From Eledone cirrhosa (lineage: Eukaryota): 64,000 nucleotides of DNA. The notes below the pieces were generated by a model. That model was not told the origin of the DNA and ran no database searches. It saw only the letters and a list, made by a program, of their open reading frames with translations. Positions 40,960 to 57,220 of this stretch are shown here, piece by piece; position 1 is the first letter of the stretch; every line of letters starts with the position of its first letter. A program made the translations under genes and the position numbers. The stretch lies in assembly GCA_964016885.1 (NCBI GenBank), contig OZ024743.1, forward strand, positions 289,726,001 to 289,790,000, written 5' to 3'.

Positions 40960-41432
40960 ATAATATAGATCAGTTTTATAAATAAATATTGACATACCCT
41001 TAAAGAATGCGAGCATTTCTGTTGGATGCTAATTTAAGTTGGTGTCCTTGAAATATGTATAATGAAATAAATATGGTTTTATAAATATAGTTTCATTTGT
41101 TAATATATCGTATTTTTACTCCAATAATTTGTTGAGTGCTTTATATCAGTTATAAAAAATATTTGCTTGTTGTATTCTAACAATTTAAATATAACTTCTA
41201 CATATATATATATATATTTATATATATATATATATATATTTAGGTTTGAAGGTTCACCACTGGATAGAGTTGGTCATTCCGTATGGTCAATCTTGATGTA
41301 ATTATATGGAGAGTACACAACGTAAAGCAGCTCAACCGTCTTCGTTTGTGTAGTTGGTGGTGCAAGTACGGAGTTAATTATTATAATAAAATAACAGGAG
41401 GGTGGACTTGTGTAATTCCTGAAAGGTTTATT

Positions 41433-41490
41433 ATACTATGATCATTTCAATGACCGGGTTCCGTATGAATCCGGTGATATCATCAGGTAT
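41433..41490 (-). ncRNA. Minimal hammerhead motif
   Basis: Minus strand: atac CUGAUGA …accgg…ccggt… GAAA tgatc AUA gtat; palindromic stem III atgatcat. Confidence 0.8.
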
Positions 41491-43250
41491 TCGAAATATA
41501 ATAAATGAATGTAACAGATAAAATACATGGGGCTGAAAATTAAAGACCCGAGGACGACCGACCATCTAGTATCTTCCACTTTAGCCGGTCGCCCTCAAGT
41601 GCTTGCTATTCGGTCTACTTAAGGCTATCTGGTGAGGGGGCGAAAGCTTATAGTGTGCTACTAACCTCCCGGGCAAAGAGAAAAAAAGACAGAAAGAAAG
41701 AAGAAAAGTCAGCGTTAATGTCATGCTACAATCAGGCTAGGAATTGCCGCGAAAAATATTATTCTAAAGAACCTATATCTTAACAGAGGTATATATTATA
41801 ACAGAGGTATATATAGTGGGCGTCTGCATGGTATAATGTGTGAACAGAAAATTGGAACGTTAAATTGTTGTTTAGATTTATAGGATGAAATTAAAAAAAT
41901 TAAATAAAAGATTAAATTTATAAAATTAAAAAAATTAGAAAATTAAAAATTAAACTGTTTAAAAAAATTTAAGGTTTGGGTTGCGAGATTTAGTTAAAGA
42001 ATTTACATAGAGAGTCTTTTATGAAAAAATGTTAAGTGTATTATAGAGATCCTCGATAACTTTTCAGGGTGGGATATAGAGTAAAGATTAAGTCCTTGTT
42101 TAGCAGTCAAATAGCACGCGACGACTGCAGACTCCGGCCAGCCCATCCTAATCACGTGTCAGCCATTCCGAGTGAAATTGTCTAGCGAAAGATATGGAAA
42201 TCTATTTTTCCGGGCACTCGAGGAATGTAACTGTTCTAGGCTTCGGGTGTGCTAGTGGGAAGTCAGCCATCGTCGTTAAACCATCGTTATACCAAACGAG
42301 TACTATTAATTTACACAGGAGGGGGATTTGTTTAAGTGCCAGTAGAGGGAGGCATGATACAGCCAATAGTTATTATTAGGCCTAGAATTTAAAGGTACTA
42401 TATGGCGGTCAAAAACGGCATCTACTCTGCGCTTTGTCTACCGCCCACCTGGTCCAATGCGACTTCCCTGTCGGGAATATTCAGACTTCGACAAAATTCT
42501 ACGGATTATACCATAACCTGCATTGTACTGTACTGTATTGACTGAATTCTCTACCCTTTGTAATTCACACTGAATTCTGAGACTCGAACACACACTGATT
42601 CCATCTCTTCCATCCTCTATATCTATATGCATTATCTAACTGCAACTTGATCTATATTGTATTTCCCCTGTGTTTTGATTTCTCCGATATGTTCTTATAT
42701 ACTTCCGTTTTACTCCACCATCACCCTAGCTATGACGGCGTTTTATTTATTTATTTATATATTTCTACCTTTTTACTTTATTAATGTGTTTTTATCTTCG
42801 TATTCTGCTTTTATTTATCTATGTATTCTTTGTTTTTTGCTTACTCTTCCTTTTATTTAGGTTTTTACTCGCTTTACTCTCAGTAAGTACTTATCATTGT
42901 ACTCATTAGCACATGACACTAGAATACCTCCCCCCTGAGAACCACAATACTTATAACCCGGACTATCTGGGGACCTAGATATAGTCTATTTGCGCTTTTC
43001 ATCGGATTTTATAATTGATTACACGCGATGATCCGACTGGTGTGGTGGTTTTCCTGGCTGCGCGCCCAGCGCCCTGGTGCATAGGCCTCCCTTGAGTGCG
43101 TGGAAAAATAAATTTCCCCTTCTTTCGGTAAATGAAATTACTCGGAGCGGGTTGCTTCTCCTCGGGGCCCACCGTGCCGCCGTTTTTGACCGCCATATAG
43201 TACCTTTAAATTCTAGACCTAATCATAACTGTTATAAAACAAACTTTGTG

Positions 43251-43309
43251 TTTTATCTGATGAAAGCGTACCAATGTTGTCTCGGTTGCCCTTGAAATAT
43301 ATAATAAAA
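43251..43309 (+). ncRNA. Minimal hammerhead motif
   Basis: Stem I ttttat/ataaaa; CUGAUGA at 43257-63; GAAA-tat-AUA. Confidence 0.72.
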
Positions 43310-43355
43310 TAAATATAGTTTTATAAATATAGTTTCCATTTATTTAATATCATTG

Positions 43356-43386
<31 letters not shown>

Positions 43387-43387
<1 letters not shown>

Positions 43388-44165
43388 GAAGTGGTTACAC
43401 AACAGATAGTTCACCATACCGAGAACAATTGTTTCACCTTAGCGGATCTTCAGATTGGGATGTCTATGGTTATGGGAACGGAAAGGACAACCGTACGAAC
43501 GCGCATGCGCAGAAACTCGGTCACTTCACACAGGCAATACTAGACTGCGGGCGAGAGGTGTAAGTGAGATAACTGCGATAGTCCGGAAAGTTTTTAGGTT
43601 GAAAATAAAATTAAAATAAAATTAAAAATAAAATTACCCACGTATGGTCCCTCAAGGACTCAGTTATAGGCTACTCCATTCAATGGAAAGCCATCACTAA
43701 GTCCAAGCCATACGCAAGGGGAAATCCGACGTGTGGCTTATGTATTGACGAACGAATAACTATCCTAAAGAGATTACGTAATAGTGATTGCCTAAACACG
43801 AGAAGTGAATTTTTCATACGTTGTCCACACGTCACCAAACATCCATTGCATAATTTTATTTTTAATTTTATTTTAATTTTATTTTCAACCTAAAAACTTT
43901 CCGGACTTTCGCAGTTATCTCCCTTACACCTCTCGCACGCAGTCCAGTATTGCCTGTGTGCAGTGACCGAGTTTCTGCGTATGCGCGTTCGTACGGTTGT
44001 CCTTCCTGTTCCTATAACCATACACATCCCGAGCTGAAGATCCGCTAAGGTGAAACAATTGTTCTCGGTATGGTGAACTAACTGTTGTGTAACCACTTCT
44101 ACCTAACTCGTCCCATGGACTGAGTGCTCTACCACTACGGATATTACCTTCCAGTGTTCCATCAC
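43387..44165 (+). mobile_element. 5'-truncated Penelope-like element: inverted 3' UTR copy, GIY-YIG C-terminus, 3' UTR with hammerhead
   Basis: Arms about 43387-43634 and 43851-44101 are inverted. The spacer encodes HVWSLKD…IQWKAI…PY…CGLCIDER…CLNTRSEFFIRCPH. Flanked by (TA)n. Confidence 0.88.
44029..44068 (+). ncRNA. Minimal hammerhead motif
   Basis: Stem I ccgag/ctcgg; CUGAAGA; GAAAC-aatt-GUU; palindromic stem III acaattgt. Confidence 0.75.
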
Positions 44166-44463
44166 TATATATATATATATATATATGTTCCATCACTATA
44201 TATATATATATATATATGATTTTACATTGATTTTACATTCATTTAAATTATTGACGTATTGTTTTATTGATATTTTTTATCTGTTTGGCCCGAATCTTCC
44301 TTTATCGATTTTAAATCGTATGGTTGATTGTAGACTTGTTCTATATGTGACGGTATTTTAACGATAGTTATAGCTCTGATTCATCTGAATTATTGAGCCC
44401 TCTGCCGCTCATATCGAATTTCGTTTTTCGTGAACTCGTGCGCCGATTTTTCGATACTCGATC

Positions 44464-44496
<33 letters not shown>

Positions 44497-45696
44497 CTGA
44501 ATTAGCTGTCACGTGATGACAGTTTATAACAAATCTTTTGGGAACTTTCATATGATTATTATACATATATATATATATCGTATATGCCTTCGTATGCACA
44601 TCTAAGATGAACCTCTTTATCTAATGATACTTCTAATTCCCTTTCTATAAAAATGGACTTCTTCAGTCGAAAGACAGAAACAAGTTTTATTACGCTCCTG
44701 TGATGAATCGAGTTCCTCATATCTTGAATATCATGAGACTGCCTGATCAACTGCGTTAAATTGCTGTTGAAACCTTTTCCCGTTAACTTGAAATGTTATA
44801 ATTCTTATAGCTAGGGATATGTCGGTGCGAGTTCGTATCATTTCCATGTCAAAAATCTAGTTTTCTATTGTCATACATTTTTCTATTAGAACGGATCATA
44901 GGCACCCACGCTTATTTACAATTGGTGAAAACCGCCGAGAGAGCGGTACTGATTATAAATATTTATAACCGAGGTTAAAGCTCCAAACATTGTGCGAGTG
45001 TAAAATCACCGAGCATGAATAATTAATATTAATATAACCAAGTGTTTACGTAATGTTAACCATCTTTTTGTTTTACCTACGTTTTACCGACTGCAAAACT
45101 TAAAAAAAAAAGATTAGGGAAAAAATTATCTTTATATTAATATACAAGTATACATTTTGAAGTTTGTGAAAATCGCCCTGTTTAAACTATTTTAACAAGT
45201 ATAGGGATATTTTACCTTTTCGTATATATAAGTGTTTATGTATTTAATATTTTTATATTTACATTCTACATTTTAATGTGCTTGTGAACCATTCAATGTA
45301 TAAGAAACGGCAGTAAACGGAAGTGACGGCAGGAACAGCAAGTAGAAGTGGGGAGAGGAAAGCAGAGGATAGAAAAAAAGGAGGAAGGAAGACAAAGAAA
45401 AGACAAGAATGGGATAGTGGACCGTAAGCTGTCGTTTCTGTCCTAAATCATAGCTATCATAAAGTGAACTGAATAAATATTGATGTCTTTAGTCGAGATG
45501 AAGAAACTTCCGCCAAACGTTATTTGCTTTTATACGTCTTATTTCGTCTTATTTCGCCCATCAAAATCTTTTCTGTTAACACAGTCTTTGGCTTGTCACA
45601 ACAAAGCTAATTTGTGTGACTCCGAAACCAATAGATCTGTGTGTTAACGTACATTTGAAAATTTCATTGAACTTCTGAATAATGGTATATATATAC

Positions 45697-45747
<51 letters not shown>

Positions 45748-45827
45748 TTGAGCGCTTGCCACACATCTCGGAAGTTGTTTTTCGCTAATTTCCAATAGCC
45801 GAAATACGATTCTCGCTAATTTATATT

Positions 45828-45932
<105 letters not shown>

Positions 45933-46070
45933 CTGTGTAATACATTTTGAAGGAATTCAAGTGATTGAATGCTCACACCCATAAACACAAGAATTCACAC
46001 AAATACACACACACACGCACACGCACACGCACAGACATACAGACATACACACACACACACACATGCACAT

Positions 46071-46113
<43 letters not shown>

Positions 46114-46699
46114 AGACAGTAAATAGAGAAAAATACACAAAGAGGTATGTGTTCAATTGCAGGGGATAAAACACCACCAGAGTGAACAATAAATATTGGC
46201 TCCTAATTCATTTCTTTACCTAAGTAGACCTTTTTTAGTTGAATGGTTCTGGGCTGCTATTTCTAGCGGTCTTTCGGATCATTCACACCACCACGGGCTA
46301 TATAACGCGCGTTTTCTCTCTACAACATGTGCGTATTTTAGTTATCTGATATATTTTCAGAAGTGGGGACCATAATGTTGTACGCTGTTGAGAAGCCCTC
46401 TGCAGTATGAGACCTTCACTTTTCATGGCGAAACATTCTCTTATTTGAGTTTTTCCAGGTGTGTATAATTATAAAAGGTTGGATTGTGCATTTAATTTAT
46501 TCTTTTAATTGATATGTGTCCTCCATACCTTTCGTAGATTTTTTGTTTTTCACTCTGGTGGCATTCTATCCCTTGTTCCTCTATATACTGTCTTATAAAA
46601 AGCCCGGATTCTATACCTTGAGCTCATTAAATTACAGGAGATTAACACTAGTCTTTAACATCTTTTTTAAATTTTATATATACACGTAGAGAGAGAGGG

Positions 46700-46895
46700 A
46701 GGTAGAACACTGGAAGGAAATATCCGTAGTTGTAGAGCACTCAATCCAAGGGACGTAATTGGTAAAAATAACTGACACATCTGTTAGTTCACCATACCGA
46801 GAACAATTGTTTCACTTTATACGGATCCGAGCTGAAGATCCGCATAAGGTGAAACGATTGTTCTCGGTATGGTGAACTAAGTGTTGTGTTACTAC

Positions 46896-46900
<5 letters not shown>
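46700..46900. mobile_element. Palindromic mini-element with hammerhead at 46827-46867 (+)
   Basis: Same sequence family as 27862-28060; ccgag CUGAAGA tccgcataaggt GAAAC gatt GUU ctcgg; ends in (TA)n. Confidence 0.8.
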
Positions 46901-48255
<1,355 letters not shown>

Positions 48256-48390
48256 TATATATATAAGGATTGGTGGTTTGGAATAGCGATGTATACATGA
48301 ATGTATGTATAGTATATTTGGTAATATACCGCATGCTTAATTAGACACATTTGGAAGACCATAATTTTCGGCGAAAGCGGGGAGTACGTT

Positions 48391-48433
48391 GCTCTGATAA
48401 TCGCCAACAGCGTGAAACAGACAGATTGTTAGC
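48391..48433 (+). ncRNA. Hammerhead-like motif (CUGAUAA variant) inside a nested hairpin
   Basis: gct CUGAUAA tcgc-caaca-gcgt GAAAC …GUU agc. Confidence 0.5.
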
Positions 48434-48551
48434 TTCTCTCGATTCTTTCGCCGAAAAAAAGAAGTAAGTGACATAGTCACTACTTTAACACTGATAGCGT
48501 ATGGTCTTAAAAATCTTTTTAATTAAGCATACGGTATATTACCAAATATAC

Positions 48552-48658
<107 letters not shown>

Positions 48659-48824
48659 AGAGGTTATATTTAATTTGTTGGGATAAAACAAGCTAAAATA
48701 TTTTTATAACTGATATAAAGCACTCAACAAATTATTGGAGTAAACTATCCAGGAAGCTCCAACCGGTAAGGTTGCATTTTTTCAGGGTATGTCAATATTT
48801 ATTTATAAAACTAATCTGTATTAT

Positions 48825-48888
48825 ATTTTATCTGATGAAAGCGCACCATAATCTACCTTGGTCGCCCTTGAAATATGTATAATGAAAT
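48825..48888 (+). ncRNA. Minimal hammerhead motif
   Basis: CUGAUGA at 48832-38; GAAA at 48870-73; AUA triplet; about 45 nt before (TA)n. Confidence 0.7.
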
Positions 48889-48932
48889 AAATATGGTTTT
48901 ATAAATATAGTTTCCATTTGTTAATATATTGT

Positions 48933-48993
<61 letters not shown>

Positions 48994-49655
48994 AAGGAAA
49001 AGCGAAGTAGTTTCAGATGTTCAAGTCCTTTAATATATATATATATATATATATACATATATATATACATATATATTATATGTATATATATATATTATTT
49101 ATTTTATACAAAAATATATATGTGTAGGTGGTCGTGTCTGTAAGTGTGAGAGTGGACAAACAAAATGTCTTAATTTTCTTCTAAATAATTATTATATAAT
49201 GTTTTGTGTAGACACTTATAAAGTAACAGGGAAGTTTTAAACTTGTCTTCATATGAATTAAATATTTGATGGGTTTATTCCTGCTATTTCTGATTGCTAA
49301 AACCAGCTTGGAATTTCTTCGCATGACTTTACCCACTTGGCCTTTCAAACACTTTCACCACTTACACTTTGAGATATGTACACACAAACACAGAGACACA
49401 ACGCACATAGACACACTACACACACACACAGAGACGCACACACACATATATATATATATACATATATTTATATATATGTATATATATATATATACATATA
49501 TATGCATATATATATATATGTATATATATTTGTTTGTGCAAATGAGTATATGAATAAATGGTGCCTGTACACTTTTGTCTGAAGAAGACCATCACAGACA
49601 AGTGAAAAGAGAATATTATCTTCGAAATTTTATTTATTCCACAAATACACACAGC

Positions 49656-49693
<38 letters not shown>

Positions 49694-49696
49694 TAT

Positions 49697-49759
<63 letters not shown>

Positions 49760-50449
49760 TATAAGTACATAATTTATGTTTGTGTATGTCATTGCATGGT
49801 TTTAAAAATATGTTTTGTTGCGTGTTGGTTACTATAACCTCTTATAAGTGTGTGAAGGTGCGCTTGTGAGTGTTTTCATATCTTAATAGCTACCTATTAT
49901 TCTTATCTTCTTTCCTTGCCTTCGCTTCTCAGTGAATCATTTTTGTTTCCTTTTTTATTTTTCAAAATAAAAAGTTTAAATTTACGAAGGAAGATGAGCA
50001 ACATATATTTCAAGAAATATCATATTTGTTCTTTATAGGTGTTTTTATCTATAAACATTAACTGATCCCATATACAGATAATTCAATGCACGAATAACCG
50101 TTTAGCGCCAATAGATTAAACTGATTAATTCCTCGTTTAGACGCAATGGTGACATGGTTCTAGGGAAGTGATTAATCAGTCATCGTTGCATCTGCTATAT
50201 TTATACAGAAGTTTGATTGCGAACAGCTAAGTTTGTAAGAATATTTGTTTATTTATTTTGAAATTTACACAATTTAAAACCTAACAATAATTTGGTAAAA
50301 AAATATATACATAGCAACTAAATACACTTCGAGGAAATAGATTATGCCGAATACTGAACAAAATATTACTTGAGTAATGTGAAGGGATAGTACATAAAGA
50401 GAAAACGCAGTTGTCCCTCTTCAAATTACAGGCGCTCACACAGAGGAAG

Positions 50450-51050
50450 CCCGTTCCCTCAGATCATCCTCATCTCTCTCCCTCAATTTTCAAATAACTA
50501 GTTGGAAGGTAGTATTTTACACTTCATTCTTATTTGCCTCTTCAGGCGAAATCTGAAAAAGTCAATCCGGATTTCACCGAAGAAAGAAGAGTTTACCTTC
50601 CACCTCTTTCAATCGTATCCGCAACACATTTTTCGCAAATAAAAATTGCCAGTCTTTCCCGGCTAATGGAAGACGTTGTGGCAATCTTACTGATGGACTC
50701 AGTTAATAGCCGGATCTGTCTTGTACATGATAGCAGGTGTTCGACATAAACCCACAAGTCAGTAATACTTGCAATTTTGCGAGGCTTTTACTCCCTCTTC
50801 TCCTAACTGCTAGCACCACACAATCACAGCTTGCGTCTAAAATACCGTTACAATCACCCACTAACAGTAAAGAACTACACAGATCTTGCTGATGGCCACC
50901 ACATCTATGTTCAGTGAGTAGTTGTAGTTGAGCATGCATGCGTGTCTGCTTCCAAGACGACCTCAGGTTACGTGACTTCACACATCCTATTCTGTGTATC
51001 GTCATGTTAGATTAAGATGAGGGAAGGTGAACAGGTTTTACTTACACTGT
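50450..51050 (-). mobile_element. Internally deleted, degenerate Tx1 remnant
   Basis: APE N-terminus (MTIHRIGCVKSRNLRSSWKQ…LLLVGDCNGILDA) joined near 50770 to ORF2 C-terminal sequence (cgacataaacccacaagtcag, as at about 13600). Confidence 0.75.
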
Positions 51051-51345
51051 TCCTAATCATCCGTCTCCACGGCCGGACGTCGTTTTTCGAAATATGGGGA
51101 TGCTGATGACGGTATTTCTCATATCAGCTCGTTTGCATCAACTCGTTTTCATCAACTAATGTATTTTGTGTGCCTCAACCTCACGCAAGTCTTATTTGAT
51201 TTGGGCCCCGGTGACCTACTGAAGCCGACATGATTTAGCTCCAATTATACAGTACTTAGCCACAAAACGAAGCTGGTTTTCAAGACAAGTGAAAAATAAC
51301 AGACTTATTAAAACTGACTCGTGCGTGTGTGGCAAGGCAAAGAAA

Positions 51346-52610
51346 AATAATAATAGTAATAATAATAATAATAATTGTTTCTACTTTTGGCACAAGGCCA
51401 GCAATTCACCAATACATTACTGGTACTTTATTTTATCGACCCCATAATGATGAAATCTGAGAGTAAGGTGACGTAACTCTATACTGAAAAGCATGTCGCC
51501 CGACACCCTACCGATACTAACATTCTACCAGCCTAATAATAATAATTGTTTCTCTTTTTCGCACAAGGCCAGCAATTACACAGTGCATTACTGATACTTT
51601 ATTTTATCGACCTCGTAAGGATGAAAGGCAAAGTTAACCTCGACGGGACTTGAACTCATACCATAAAGGGACGTAACTATGTTGGAAAGCATGGCATCTG
51701 ACCCACTACCGATACTGCCAATTCACCGCAGACATCGAGGACAAAGTGACTATTCTTTAGGCACAACGCCAGCAATTTTTTGGGAAAGCAAAATCGATTA
51801 AATCGACCCCAGTGCGTTACTGCTACTTAATTTCAATGACCCCATAAAGACGAACAGCAAAGCTAACCTTGGTGGGATCTGAAGTCGGAAGCTAAAGGGA
51901 CGTAACTCTATGCTGAAACGCATGGTGTACGAAATAATGGTTTCTTATATAGGCACAAGGCCAGCAATTTTGGGGGAGGGGAAAGTCGAGTAAATCAACT
52001 CCAGTGCGTGATTGGTACTTTATTTTATCGACGCCGTAAGGATGAAAGGCAAAGTTAAACACTGCGGGATTTGAACTCAGGTCACCGTAAAAGGGCGTAG
52101 CTCTGTGCTACAAAGCAAGGCGTCCGACTCCCTACCGATACTGCCAATCCACCACCCTATGGTGTCCAACATAATGGTTTCATATATAGGCACAAGGCCA
52201 GTAATTTGGGGGGAGGGGAAAGTCGATTAAATCGACCCTAGTGCGTGTGTGGTACTTTATTTTATCGACCCCATAAGGATGAAAGGCAAAGTTAACCTCG
52301 GCGGGATTTGAGCTCAGATCATAAAGAGCCGTAACTCTATGCTGCAAAGCATGGCGTCAGACCCTCGACCGATACTGCCAACCCACCGCCATAACAATAA
52401 TAATAATAATTGTTCCTACTTTTGGCACAAGGCCAGCAATTATCCCAGTGTATTACTGGTACTTTGTTTTATCGACCCCGTAAGGATGAAAGGCAAAGTT
52501 AACTTCGGCGGGATTTGAACTCAGAATGGCGTCCGATCCTCTACTGACCGCCCTTACAATAATAATAATAATAATAATTGTTTCTACTTTTGGCACAAGG
52601 CCAGCAATAA
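51346..52610 (-). mobile_element. Head-to-tail array of about 7 full or partial octopus-type tRNA-derived SINEs separated by (TAA)n
   Basis: Repeated ggcacaaggccagcaatt…atcgacccc.taaggatgaaaggcaaagtt…gggatttgaactcag (B-box GTTCAAATCC on the minus strand). Confidence 0.85.
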
Positions 52611-52612
52611 AT

Positions 52613-52730
52613 GATTTCTTTATTAACCACAAAGGGTTTTACATTAAAAAATAACACATTATGACGGCTCAGGACGAAAAGATAGTGTGTGGATGTGTGT
52701 GGCTTTTGCGTCTAAGCAAATTATAATAAT
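52613..52730 (-). mobile_element. Tx1 3'-terminal fragment
   Basis: gatttctttattaaccacaaagggttttacat is nearly identical to the terminus at 13019. Confidence 0.65.
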
Positions 52731-53037
52731 ATTCGCTTCTCTTTGTTATAAATTTGTGGGTTTTTACCAAAATAATTTGAGAGAACAGGAATTGTGAAAC
52801 TAAAAAAATATCTGAATGAGATATTCAACCAATAAATTACAATATTTATGTGTATTATTCTCATGCCAAATAATTTCATACTGCGAGAGATATTGGCATA
52901 GAAAAAGTGGACAGTTTTTAAAACTTTGTAAATTCTTCAAACTTCTAATATTTACAAACTTTCTTTTCCCTTCAGATTTTACAATGAAGTGTGTTTATGT
53001 GTATACATGTGTGTATGCGCGCGATTGTACATATATA

Positions 53038-53115
<78 letters not shown>

Positions 53116-53379
53116 ATGTGTGTGTGTATGTGTGTGTGTGTGTGTTTGTGTATGTGTGAATGAAATCACGCTCATAGACACTTACAAGCAGATGGCAGAT
53201 ATAATCCCTCTCTCAATGTCATACTCGCACAAAACACACAACGGACCACGCATGTACACTATTTTGCTATAGTCCACAAAGTAATTTGCTGAATTAGAAA
53301 TTCCAGGAATAGAATTTGTCCACGTTATCCAGGCACACATTCGAGGATACAGAAAAATCTATATGTTCAGGAAGTCTTG

Positions 53380-54750
<1,371 letters not shown>

Positions 54751-55639
54751 TGTTTGCGTGTGTCTATGTATATGACGTTATGCGGTGTATCGTTTCTACA
54801 ACACTTCTTATTCATCTCCGTTATATATTACATAATCTAAATATTTTTTGCATGATGCTTAATATCATTATTCAACCTAATGTCATGTATATGTGCACGT
54901 GTTTCTCTTTATGTATAAGTGTATGCATACTTGTGTGAATGCATAATTATGCCGGTGGCCGTGTGAGAATAATATATTCTCTATATCTGTGTTAGCAGAA
55001 GACCAATGGCTGGTAATTCAAAGCTCGGCTGAAATTGCTTCTGTTTGTTTTGTTTATCTATCACAATTTCTCCTTTGATTTCTTCCACTTTTCTTATCTC
55101 GTTTACAACTTTTTTCCTTCGCCTAACTTCAAAACAAGAAGTATACCATAATGCATACAATATACATAACTTGAATTAATGAAAATTTTTAAAGCTCCAA
55201 CTCATTTTAATTTTTTTTCCTCTTGTCATCTGCGTTCCCCTTCTCATCCTACATCTTTCTTTGAGGTTCCTCACCTTTCAGTTCTGCCTTTCCTTTCTTC
55301 ATATTAAACATAACAACAAAAGACGATTATGCCGATTTGCTTGTTGTATATATGTTTTCATGCTCAGAGACAAGATTAAAGTCTTTTGTGGTGATGCAGT
55401 TATTATGTGATGAATAAAGTGTGTATCTCTATCAAAAGCAGTAACCGGATATCGAAACTTGTATGTAGTAAGCCCTTATGTAGAGTTGATATCAAAGTCA
55501 TTGCTTCAGTATCTTTTCCCCTTCTATTTAGCAGGTTTGTAAAACTTGGTTACATGAATTCTTCACTATTTCCCCTTTTCGTAAACCAGTGGTAATTTTT
55601 GCCTTTCAATTTTTCAAGGACGATAGATAAAATAATAGT

Positions 55640-55724
55640 TACTATTTTAGTCACAACGCCATCAATTACTCAGTACATTACTGGTACTTTATTTTATCGA
55701 CCCCGTAAGGATGAAAGGCAAAGT
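55640..55724 (-). mobile_element. Octopus-type SINE 3' part
   Basis: cattactggtactttattttatcgaccccgtaaggatgaaaggcaaagt. Confidence 0.7.
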
Positions 55725-56413
55725 AAAATAATGCTCACATAATAATGCTATTTTCGTCTCTCTTATTAAGTTCTTTCTCCCTGTCTTTTTCTATAAAAGT
55801 AACCGGATACGGCAAGACTTGGCGAGGGACTGTTTCCGCCAGGTGTAAAATATTCAACTAATGCGACAGTACCTCTATGATTTAATCAGGTCATGAGAGC
55901 TTGATAAAGCATTATCATCCTTTAGGTAACATATGACTGTTTTTTACCCATTCTCTAAACTATGTGCCAATAAATAGTAGAATTTAATCTCTAAACTATG
56001 TGCCAGTAAATATAGAATTTAATTTCAATACAACCTAGATCCTAGATCCCCTTTCCCCCAGGCATCCATACATTTCATGATAGCACTTTACAATTTTAGA
56101 TCCTATAAATCAGTTCTATCTTCACGTTTATAAAGAGTGATCATATTATTCATTAAGCTTCATGGAGGATAACAGGCAACTATGTTACACGAAATTTGAA
56201 ATCAAAGAAACCTATTTGCAAATCAAATTTGAAAATATCAGATAATAAATTTTTCTTCATTTGCAAGCAGTTAAAAGATATGAATATCCGTTGATCGTGA
56301 AAATGTTGTAAAATACTAAAATACTATAGGCGAACCTGAAGAGTATTTGGTTTGACGACTACAATATCCTAAGATCGGGAAGAGTCTTACGAATAACGTT
56401 ACTCGATAGTGGG

Positions 56414-56600
56414 CGTAACTAGGAGATCAGAGAGTTGCTCCAGGTAGAACAGGTACTTAGAATGGGAAGATTACAGCTCCGATTATTATGAGCATGTTTT
56501 AAAACGTTTAATGAAAGAAATACTGAACAGATTTTACGGGAAAAATCAACCGGTAGGAGACCCAGGTGTAAACATCGGGAGGATTGTTGGATAACATAAA
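56414..56600 (+). mobile_element. Degenerate RTE-like LINE 3' fragment
   Basis: Similar to the reverse complement of 27550-27725 (EIRELLQVE…RLQLR…QILREKSTGRRPR). Confidence 0.5.
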
Positions 56601-57025
56601 TGAATTCTGCTGGAGGAGGAGGAGAAGAAGAAGAAGAAGAAGAAGACTGCAATATTAACATCTATTAAAGTAATATTCTGTAATATACACAGTGAACCTC
56701 CGTCAACTAATTATTTTTTTCAAAATGTACAGAAGCATAGAATTGTATTATGTTTCATTGGCATTTTCTCAGGCAAATAAATGTCTTTTTGCCTGAGACA
56801 TCAGAATAAGAGCGACTGAAATTCTATTTCGTAAAGCTATAACAGTATAAACAAAAGCTTCCACATAGAAATCGAAACAGAATATCCGGACAACTAGTTG
56901 CTTCCAACTTGGTCTCCATTCTAAAGTGGTCCGCATTAATCTAGTCATCGCTAAAGTGTTTAGCTTTAACAAAATTCTACGTCGTAGGACTTTTTCACTA
57001 CATTCCTCAGCATAAAAGCGAATAC

Positions 57026-57153
<128 letters not shown>

Positions 57154-57170
57154 GTATATATATATATGTA

Positions 57171-57220
<50 letters not shown>

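Noticed and set aside
56331-56405. Possible hammerhead (ctgaagagta…tacgaataacgtta)
   Set aside because: GAAA is broken and stem I is weak.
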